Below, one piece after another: positions 1 through 7,242 of a DNA stretch of 23,216 nt. Below the pieces are notes generated by a model. The model saw nothing but the letters and a program-made list of their open reading frames with translations, was not told the origin of the DNA and ran no database searches. The translations under genes were made by a program, and so were the position numbers. This stretch comes from Abditibacteriaceae bacterium (GTDB lineage: Bacteria; Armatimonadota; Abditibacteriia; Abditibacteriales; Abditibacteriaceae). The stretch spans positions 1 through 23,216 of the forward strand of contig JANMKN010000360.1 of assembly GCA_031372065.1 (NCBI GenBank). The letters are read 5' to 3'. Position 1 is the first letter of the stretch. Every line of letters begins with the position of its first letter.

Positions 1-70
1 AAGTTATCCGCCGCCAACAAGGACTAGTCCCAAGAGCCAGTAAAATAAGGCTTTATGCCCCGCAATCTAT

Positions 71-100
71 AAAAGAGCGTCCTGAAAAGGTCGCTCTTTT
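71..100. terminator. Intrinsic terminator-like hairpin, possibly bidirectional
   Basis: AAAAGAGCGTCCT-GAAA-AGGTCGCTCTTTT: 13-bp stem with one T/T mismatch, GNRA loop, A- and T-tracts at the ends. Confidence 0.7.
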
Positions 101-175
101 GATTTGCGTGTCGCGCTTCGTTGTGATTCTTTACGGGCGCCCTCTATGCAGGGGGTTCTATTCTATAATTTCCTC

Positions 176-290
176 ATGCCTGAATTGATTTGGACGGGAA
201 AATATGATGAGCGCGACAAAAAAGTCGCGCCGCTGAAGGTGTCGCTGCCGTTTCAGACCATTGAAACGGTCAACGAAAGCAATAACGAAC
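176..290 (+). pseudogene. N-terminal remnant of a type III R-M Mod-like adenine DNA methyltransferase
   Basis: ATG at 176 gives MPELIWTGKYDERDKKVAPLKVSLPFQTIETVNES, which I recall as the conserved start of Mod-like methyltransferases (ELxWxGKY...LPFQxxETVNE). Similarity stops after ~35 codons; no DPPY/F or FxGxG motif follows. Confidence 0.6.
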
Positions 291-434
291 GCACCATTCA
301 ACTGGTGCGACAACGCCACCGAGCTAACCGGAACGCTGTGGCGCTACCACAAAGTGCCGCAAAACGATTTCAACAAATTGCAGCCGAGCGACTTTGAAGA
401 TGTAGTCACAGCGTTTATAGAACCCCACGCGTAA
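291..434 (+). pseudogene. C-terminal remnant of a type III restriction (Res-like) endonuclease/helicase
   Basis: A different frame from the 176 ORF reads APFNWCDNATELTGTLWRYHKVPQNDFNKLQPSDFEDVVTAFIEPHA* (TAA 432-434), resembling the recalled Res-subunit tail WCxNATxLTGxxWxYxKVPQxxF. No start codon for this segment. Confidence 0.5.
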
Positions 435-481
435 GCGCTGGGCTTATGGGTATATCAGCCCGTCGCTTACGCTCTGGGTTC
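420..481. repeat. REP-like imperfect inverted repeat
   Basis: GAACCCCACGCGTAAGCGCTGGGCT (420-444) pairs imperfectly with AGCCCGTCGCTTACGCTCTGGGTTC (457-481). Confidence 0.6.
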
Positions 482-664
482 GCCTTTAGCATAGTCTATT
501 TCTGACCGACTACTTTTTGTCCGACTATTTACGGGTAAATAATGGTGGACATTAACCAACAAAGACATTAATTGGCAAAAGGTTTCTTGCGGATTAACCT
601 TGCGCAGGAATACAAGCGACAAAATGTGGCATTAATTTATCGCGGCGCGTTTTTATTTTTCGTT

Positions 665-2089
665 TTAGACCACGCTTTTCCAATTGGCATCGCGCAAACC
701 GACTAATTCGCCGGTGCTGTCGCCGAACGAATTTTGCGGCGTGCCCATGCACGAAAGCATGGTGCGATAAAGGTTACAAAGCGGGGTTTTCTTGTCGTAA
801 ACCAAGTGGCGTCCGGTGGCAAGCTGCCCACCCGCCTTGCCCGCAAGAACTATCGGCAAGTTTTCCGGGACGTGGCCGTTGCCATCTTTCATACCGCTGC
901 CAAACATCACCATGCAGTTGTCCAGCAGCGTGCCGTTGCCTTCTTTGATGCTCTTCAATTTGTCCAGCAAATAGCCGTATTGTTGAATGTGCCAGATATT
1001 GATTTTCTGATACTGCTCCAATTTCGCGGCATCGTTTTCGTGATGCGAAATTTGATGATGGCCGCCGTTTACGCCTTCCAAAAACGAGAAATTCTTGCCC
1101 GACACTTCGTTGCCAAACATAAAAGTCGCCACACGTGTGGCATCCGTCCAAAAGGCTAAGGCGATGATGTCCATCATCAAGCGCACTTGTTCGGTATGGT
1201 CAATCGAGCGCTCACTTTGGCGTGCCGGGTCAGCGTAATAATCTTTGATACGCCCGCCGAGTTTTTCGATTTCTATGCGCGACTGGGGATCGGCATCCAT
1301 TTCGGCTTTGCGGCGCGCGGCATCGAAAGCGATACGCTTTTCTACAGAGCGAATCGAAGAAAAATACTCGTCTAATTTGGCGCGATCAGCGCTGCCAATT
1401 TGTCCGCGCAAATTTTTCACTTCGTCCATCACAGCGTCAAGCACGCTTTGGTCGCCCTGCATTTCCAGCGCGCTACGCATGGTGCGCGGGCGAAACAAGC
1501 GATCAAAAGCTTGCTGCGGATTAATCTCGCGCGTAACGGGCGTGGTCGGCGTGTTCCACGAAATATGGCTACCATACAAGCGCGTAAAACCGACGTTGGT
1601 GTCCACGCCCATTGTAACGGGTTCAACCGAAAGTTCAAGCGATGGTAACGGCGTTAAATTACCAATGTGCTGCGCCACCATTTGATCGAGAGATACGCCG
1701 CCCGAACGCAATTCGCTGCCGGTGGTTTTTGTAATCGCGGTGCCCGTCAGCCACGGCGCGACTTTGACATAGTGTCCATCGCCCTGAATGCTGGCCTTGT
1801 TCATCAGCTCGGTCAGCACCAAGATGTCCGATTTCACGTTCGCCAACGGCTCTAAAATCGGTGACAGTTTCCAATCGGCGTCTTTGCCTTCGGGCAGCCA
1901 CGATTTGGCGTTGACGCCGTTGGGCATATAAAGCGCCGCCATGCGAATCGGCGGGCCACCGGCGGCATTGGGCGCCGATTCTGTTTTTCCATCGGCCCAT
2001 GCCGGACGCGCCATCGCATCCAGCCACGGCAAGCACATCGAAACACCAAGGCCTTTGAGAATCGTGCGACGTGAAATTTCTTTGGTCAT
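665..2089 (-). CDS. DUF1552 domain-containing protein (Tat-like signal)
   Basis: Start reassigned to ATG 2089 (MTKEISRRTILKGLGVSMCLPWLDAM; alternative 2104), which removes the overlap with the upstream gene. Motifs YMPNGV, SLELS, HQISHH, GTLLDN, DGNGH..NLP typical of DUF1552; sits directly downstream of a DUF1592-type gene as is usual. Confidence 0.88.
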   Translation of the reverse strand: MTKEISRRTILKGLGVSMCLPWLDAMARPAWADGKTESAPNAAGGPPIRMAALYMPNGVNAKSWLPEGKDADWKLSPILEPLANVKSDILVLTELMNKASIQGDGHYVKVAPWLTGTAITKTTGSELRSGGVSLDQMVAQHIGNLTPLPSLELSVEPVTMGVDTNVGFTRLYGSHISWNTPTTPVTREINPQQAFDRLFRPRTMRSALEMQGDQSVLDAVMDEVKNLRGQIGSADRAKLDEYFSSIRSVEKRIAFDAARRKAEMDADPQSRIEIEKLGGRIKDYYADPARQSERSIDHTEQVRLMMDIIALAFWTDATRVATFMFGNEVSGKNFSFLEGVNGGHHQISHHENDAAKLEQYQKINIWHIQQYGYLLDKLKSIKEGNGTLLDNCMVMFGSGMKDGNGHVPENLPIVLAGKAGGQLATGRHLVYDKKTPLCNLYRTMLSCMGTPQNSFGDSTGELVGLRDANWKSVV

Positions 2090-2138
2090 ATGAAACTTTT
2101 TCATAAAACGCAAATTACGCGAAATTTGAGTTTTATTT

Positions 2139-4034
2139 CTAATTTTTCCGATATTGAAACGGATAGCTTTTGGCAATTTCCAGCATCAGTGTTTGCGCCT
2201 TGAAATCGCTATCGGCCAACTTTTTCGAGAGGACGCGGACGGTTGGCACATCTACCGGTTCCAGACCACGCCCCAGAGCATAAGCCAGCATCTTTTCGGT
2301 TAAGTTGCGCGCGAAATCGGCGCGGCGCTGTTTTAAATGCTCTTTCAGTTCGGCGACGCCAGTGAACTTTTCGCCGGTGGCTAAAACACCCGATGCATCA
2401 ACCGTGCCGCCGCCAATCTCTTCACGCCAACGGCCAATCGGGTCGTAGTTTTCCAAGCCGAAGCCAATCGGGTCCATGCGCGCATGGCATCCAGCGCAAT
2501 TGGGGTCTTTGCGATGCGCTTCCAAACGCTGTCGGAAGGTTAGACCATCCTTCACGGCATCGTTGGGCGGCAAGGCGCCGGCATTGGGCGGCGGCGGCGG
2601 CGGCGGCGTGCCGAGAATCTCTTCCAACACCCATTTGCCGCGCAACACCGGACTGGTTCGCTGCGGATATGACGTGACCGTGAGAACTGCCGCCGTAGTT
2701 AAAATGCCGCCGCGTTGATGGCCTTCCAACTTCACGCGCCGCATCGCTTCGCCCGTCACGTCTTTGATGCCGTAATGCTTCGCCAAATCTTCGTTGACAA
2801 AGGTGTAATCAGCGTTTAGCAAATCGAAAATTGTTTTATCATCGCGCACGATGGACGCGAAAAATTGCGTGACTTCATTCGCCATCGCTTCGCGCAAAGC
2901 GGGCGTAAATTGCGGGAATTTTCCGGGGTCGGGCTGCGAAACGCCGTAGAGTTCGCGGGTGTGCAGCCACTGCTCCGAAAAACTCTGCGCCGTCGCGCCG
3001 AACTTCTCATCGGCTATTAAACGCTTCACTTGTGCTTCTAAAACTTTCGGGTTGTGTAGTTTCTTTTTTTCGGCCAAACCCAGCAATTCACCATCGGGCA
3101 TCGAAGACCACAAAAAGTAAGACAGGCGGCTTGCCAGTTCCCAATCGCTGATGAGATACGGCCTGTCGCCGGGTTGTTCACGCTCGATACGAAACAAAAA
3201 GTGCGGCGAGATTAAAACGGCTTTTATCGCCAATTTCACAGCGTCTTCAAAACTCGCACCGCGCTTGATGGCGCCGTTGTAAAGGTTCATTAAGCGGTCG
3301 GTTTCGGCGATGGAAATCGGGCGGCGAAAGGCGCGACTGCCTAATCTTTCAATAATCAAACGCACCGCGACTTCGGGTTTGCGTTTTTTGCTGGGCCGTG
3401 CGATGAACAACTTTTCTGGCGTCGCTTCTTTTAGAACTTTATCTGCCGCTTCGAGATAATTCTCCATCAAAATCGGCGGCAAAAACAGCGTGTCGGCGTT
3501 ATTATCGAAACCGCCGCCACCACCGCCATCAGCCGGAAATTTGTCGGCGGGTTTGCTGGTGACACCGAGCAATTCGCGCACGGTGTTGTTGTATTCCAAG
3601 CGATTGAGACGATGAATAATTTTGCGGCCCGGATCGCTTGGTGCGGAGGTATCGGTTAGCTCATTTAACGCGGTGCGCAGCCAATTTTCCAGCGTTTCGC
3701 GTTCTGGGTCGGTGGGTTGTGGTTTGCCGCCGGGCGGCATCGCACGCTCATGCACTTGCGTCAAAACTTTGTGCCACATTTGCAAATCGCGCCCGATGGA
3801 AAGAGGGGTATCAAAACCCGCCAAATTCACGCCGCCGGACTGCTTTTTCGCGCCGTGACAGTTATCGCAATACTTATCAAGCAGCGGGCGAATTTCCTTG
3901 TCGTAGCTGGCATTGGCCGCGACGGGAACGTATTTTTTCTCTTCGCCATGTCCGTTGGCACCATAAAAAAGCACCGCGCCCAGCAACCCGGACGCCACAT
4001 AAAAAGTCGAATTCTTTTTGCAACGCATTATCAT
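2139..4034 (-). CDS. Planctomycete-type cytochrome c protein with DUF1587/DUF1595/DUF1592/DUF1588/DUF1585 domains
   Basis: Signal-like N-terminus, CxxCH motifs (CDNCH, CAGCH), RLNRLEYNNTVRELLG, ELASRLSYFLWSSMPD, RTSPVLRGKWVLE, YALGR. Start uncertain (GTG 4061, ATG 4034 or 4028). Confidence 0.9.
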   Translation of the reverse strand: MIMRCKKNSTFYVASGLLGAVLFYGANGHGEEKKYVPVAANASYDKEIRPLLDKYCDNCHGAKKQSGGVNLAGFDTPLSIGRDLQMWHKVLTQVHERAMPPGGKPQPTDPERETLENWLRTALNELTDTSAPSDPGRKIIHRLNRLEYNNTVRELLGVTSKPADKFPADGGGGGGFDNNADTLFLPPILMENYLEAADKVLKEATPEKLFIARPSKKRKPEVAVRLIIERLGSRAFRRPISIAETDRLMNLYNGAIKRGASFEDAVKLAIKAVLISPHFLFRIEREQPGDRPYLISDWELASRLSYFLWSSMPDGELLGLAEKKKLHNPKVLEAQVKRLIADEKFGATAQSFSEQWLHTRELYGVSQPDPGKFPQFTPALREAMANEVTQFFASIVRDDKTIFDLLNADYTFVNEDLAKHYGIKDVTGEAMRRVKLEGHQRGGILTTAAVLTVTSYPQRTSPVLRGKWVLEEILGTPPPPPPPNAGALPPNDAVKDGLTFRQRLEAHRKDPNCAGCHARMDPIGFGLENYDPIGRWREEIGGGTVDASGVLATGEKFTGVAELKEHLKQRRADFARNLTEKMLAYALGRGLEPVDVPTVRVLSKKLADSDFKAQTLMLEIAKSYPFQYRKN

Positions 4035-4140
4035 CAAATTGTCTTTTTTGAACCTCGCCACGCGACAGCGTTGCGCGACGGCGTTACAATGAATTGTGAA
4101 TCACTTTCCACAACTACACTTTGCAAAGGGACGACTTACC

Positions 4141-4989
4141 ATGATCGAAAAACTCACTTTTGGCCGCACCGCACACGATAGCACACGCACAATTTTTGGC
4201 GCGGCAGCTTTTGGCGGCGTAACGCAACAAGAAGCCGACAAAACGCTTGAAGACTTGCTGCAATACGGCGTCAACCACATTGATACTGCCGCCAGCTACG
4301 GCGATTCGGAATTGCGCATCGGGCCGTGGATGAAAAATCATCGCCACGACTTTTTCTTAGCCACCAAAACCGGCGAGCGCACTTACGAAAAAGCGCGCGA
4401 CCAGATTCATCGCTCGCTCGAACGCTTGCAGGTTTCGCAACTCGATTTAATTCAGTTGCACTGCTTGATTGACCCGCAGGAATGGGAAACCGCCCTCGGC
4501 CCCGGCGGTGCTTTGGAAGCCTGCATTGAAGCGCGCGGAGCTGGTCTGGTGCGTTTTATCGGCGTAACCGGACATGGTGTTACCGTCGCAAAAATGCACC
4601 GGCGCGCTTTGGAAAAATTCGACTTCGATTCGGTTTTGCTGCCCTACAATTTGCCGATGATGGGCAACGAAGAATACGCTGCGGATTTCGAGGCACTTTT
4701 AACGGTTTGCGAGGCCAAAAATGTGGCTGTCCAGACCATAAAATCCATCTGTCGCAGCCCGTGGCACGAAAAGGAGCGCTTCGCGGCGACTTGGTATGAG
4801 CCGCTACGCGAACAAGATGATATTGATGCCGCCGTCAACTGGGTTTTAGATCGTCCGGGCATTTATTTGAACACAGCGGGTGATATTCACTTGCTGCCGA
4901 AAGTTTTAGATGCAGCGGCGCGTCATCAACACAGCAGCGCAACGCAAGAGCATCTGGAAACCTTGGAGATGGCGCCTTTGTTTGTGTAA
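4141..4989 (+). CDS. Aldo/keto reductase
   Basis: [43 protein letters not shown] catalytic D/Y/K/H pattern. ATG 4141 preceded by AAGGGA. Confidence 0.92.
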   Translation: MIEKLTFGRTAHDSTRTIFGAAAFGGVTQQEADKTLEDLLQYGVNHIDTAASYGDSELRIGPWMKNHRHDFFLATKTGERTYEKARDQIHRSLERLQVSQLDLIQLHCLIDPQEWETALGPGGALEACIEARGAGLVRFIGVTGHGVTVAKMHRRALEKFDFDSVLLPYNLPMMGNEEYAADFEALLTVCEAKNVAVQTIKSICRSPWHEKERFAATWYEPLREQDDIDAAVNWVLDRPGIYLNTAGDIHLLPKVLDAAARHQHSSATQEHLETLEMAPLFV

Positions 4990-5117
4990 CCGGTTTTGGC
5001 GGAGTGACTTAATAAAACTTAACCATGCTTCTACACAATAACGAGGATTTTGACGCTTAAACTGCCTCTAACCTGGCGTGAAAATTGAACATTATCCGCC
5101 AGTCAGACAATTTCCTT

Positions 5118-7166
5118 ATGAAGCGTTGGCTTTTTCTCCTCATTCCTCTTGTCGTTCTCGGCGGCCTGATTACATGGCGTCTGGGACAAAAAAAGAGCGA
5201 CAGTAAAAAACAAAAAGAATCCAAAGAGATGCGTGTCAAAGCGCCCAAACCGGTCACGGTGATGCCGGTGCAGGTGCGCGACATCGTGCAAACCTACGAG
5301 GCTGTTGGCTCCGTCGAATCGCCCGATAACATTGATATTTCGCCGAAAGTCACCGGGCGCCTTGAAGCCGTCGCTGTGACGATTGGCGACAATGTGCGAC
5401 GCGGCCAGATGATCGCGCGACTTGACCCATCCGAAGTCGAAGCCGGCGTGCGCAGTCAGCAGGCCAATGTCGCCGAGGCGCGTTATCGTTTGGCGCAGGC
5501 CCGCATCAATTCCAATCCGGCGCTGGTGGCGGTGCTGTCCGAAATTCGTCGCCAGCAAACCGAACTCGTCAATGCACAAAACGCCTACAAACAAGCACTC
5601 GCCAGCGACACAGCACAACACAGCGGCGCCTTGGCTTCGGTGACTGATGCCGCCGGACGCATTAAAAACGCGCAAGCGGGCGTCAATTCCGAACAAGCGA
5701 CTTTTAATCAAGCCAAAGAATCGTATGCCGAGCAAATTGCCGCCGCGCAAGCGGCTGTAACCGATGCACAAGGCCGCGTCAAAAGCGCCGAAGCCGCAAT
5801 TGACAGCGCGCAAGCCGATTACAATCAGGCCAAAGAAAATTACGACAAGCAAGTCGCTGCGGCGCAATCGGCAGTCACTGAGGTGCAAGGCCGCGTTGAG
5901 GCCGCCGAAGCCGATATTCGCAGCGCGCAAGCCGATATTCGCAGCGCGCAAGCCAATTTGGACAACGCGCAAACCAAATATAACCGCACTTATTCACTTT
6001 ATAAGCAAGCGTTTATCGCCGCGCAAGATGTGGACGATGCCCGCGCCGGTGTCAAAGTGGCGCAGGCCGATGTGGACGCCAAAAAGCAGGCTCTCGAAAG
6101 TGCAAAATCGCAAAAATCCTCGGCGTTAGCGCAAAAGCAAAGCGCGCAAAAACAAGCCGACATCGTAGCAACCAAAGGCAAAGCCGACATCGAAGTGGCG
6201 CGCACCAAAGTAGCTGGGGCGCAAGCGGCGCGCGATTCGGCCCGCGCCCAACAAGACGCCGCCGAAAAGCAAACCTCTATCGCACGCACCAAAGGCAACG
6301 CTGATGTGGAAGTGGCGCGCTCGAAAGTGGCGCAGGCCCGTGCCGCGCAATCTTCCGCCGAAGCGCAAAAGAGTGCCGCGCAACAGCAAGTCAAAGTCAT
6401 CGGCAGCAAAAGCGAGGTGGACATTGACGCCGCACGCACCCGCGTGGCGCAGGCGCAAACCTCTCTGCGTGAAGCGCAATCGAACATGGCGCTCAAATCG
6501 TCTTCAGCGCAAAATTTAGCGGCTTTGCAATCCGTCGTAGATGCCGCCGAAGCCGAACTGCGCGCGGCGCGCTCACGCTTGAGCGATACGGTTCTCACCT
6601 CGCCGATTGATGGCGTAGTGACGGCGCGCAAACTCGATCCAGGCGCGGTAGCGGCGCCGGGTTCACCGATTGTCACGGTGCAATCGCTGCGTTCGGTTTG
6701 GGTTTTGTTTCCGGTGCCCGAAGAAATCTCGCGTCAAATCGCCGTCGGGCAAAATGTCGAAGTTGCTTTCGATGGCATTCCCAACCGCAAATTTATCAGC
6801 CGCATCAGCCGCATCAATCCCACCGCCGATATGCAAAGCCGCCAGTTTTCGGTGCGTCTGGTTTTGGATAATCCCGGCACAATTATCAAGCCGGGAATGT
6901 TCGCGCGCATTAAGTTGGTGACGCAACGCATCGCCAACGCCATCGTGGTGCCGCGCGAAGCCGTGCAGCAAAAAGGCGACACGGCTACCATCGTTGTAGT
7001 CGGCAAAAACAGCGAAACCGAAAAACGCGAGGTCAAAATCGGTGCCAGCGACTCGCAGGGTTTTCAAATCACCGAAGGCATCGAACCGGGCGAAAAAGTG
7101 GTTGTGATGAGCACCGGCCCGCTCAAACCCGGCCAGCAGGTAAAAACGGGTGACAAGAAAAAATAG
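5118..7166 (+). CDS. RND efflux periplasmic adaptor (membrane fusion protein) with a greatly extended alpha-helical hairpin
   Basis: N-terminal TM anchor (MKRWLFLLIPLVVLGGLITW), lipoyl halves (ISPKVTGRL...GDNVRRGQ; SPIDGVV), KPGMFAR, IVVPREAV, GIEPGEKVVV; immediately upstream of the RND permease. Confidence 0.92.
   Translation: MKRWLFLLIPLVVLGGLITWRLGQKKSDSKKQKESKEMRVKAPKPVTVMPVQVRDIVQTYEAVGSVESPDNIDISPKVTGRLEAVAVTIGDNVRRGQMIARLDPSEVEAGVRSQQANVAEARYRLAQARINSNPALVAVLSEIRRQQTELVNAQNAYKQALASDTAQHSGALASVTDAAGRIKNAQAGVNSEQATFNQAKESYAEQIAAAQAAVTDAQGRVKSAEAAIDSAQADYNQAKENYDKQVAAAQSAVTEVQGRVEAAEADIRSAQADIRSAQANLDNAQTKYNRTYSLYKQAFIAAQDVDDARAGVKVAQADVDAKKQALESAKSQKSSALAQKQSAQKQADIVATKGKADIEVARTKVAGAQAARDSARAQQDAAEKQTSIARTKGNADVEVARSKVAQARAAQSSAEAQKSAAQQQVKVIGSKSEVDIDAARTRVAQAQTSLREAQSNMALKSSSAQNLAALQSVVDAAEAELRAARSRLSDTVLTSPIDGVVTARKLDPGAVAAPGSPIVTVQSLRSVWVLFPVPEEISRQIAVGQNVEVAFDGIPNRKFISRISRINPTADMQSRQFSVRLVLDNPGTIIKPGMFARIKLVTQRIANAIVVPREAVQQKGDTATIVVVGKNSETEKREVKIGASDSQGFQITEGIEPGEKVVVMSTGPLKPGQQVKTGDKKK
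5908..5954 (+). repeat. Perfect 21-nt tandem duplication within the adaptor gene
   Basis: AAGCCGATATTCGCAGCGCGC x2 plus AAGCC, encoding ADIRSAQ ADIRSAQ. Confidence 0.9.
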
Positions 7167-7242
7167 GTTTTAGGTCTTTGGATTTTGGCCTATTACGTCA
7201 ACCAAAACCGTAACCAAACACCTAAGACCCAAACCCAAATTC

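Noticed and set aside
104..397. 97-aa ORF as an intact gene
   Set aside because: Only the part from ATG 176 to ~290 looks protein-like; the downstream similarity is in another frame.
482..664. AT-rich gap with CCGACTA direct repeat and a weak hairpin
   Set aside because: Signals are too short to support a regulatory or RNA call.
2583..2612. GGC trinucleotide run as a phase-variable repeat
   Set aside because: Encodes the poly-Pro stretch (TPPPPPPPNA) typical of DUF1588-containing proteins and is in frame.
5103..5972. 289-aa antisense ORF and the many other nested or antisense ORFs in large genes (e.g. 5999-6676, 17489-18199)
   Set aside because: Shadow frames of well-supported genes in GC-rich, codon-biased sequence.
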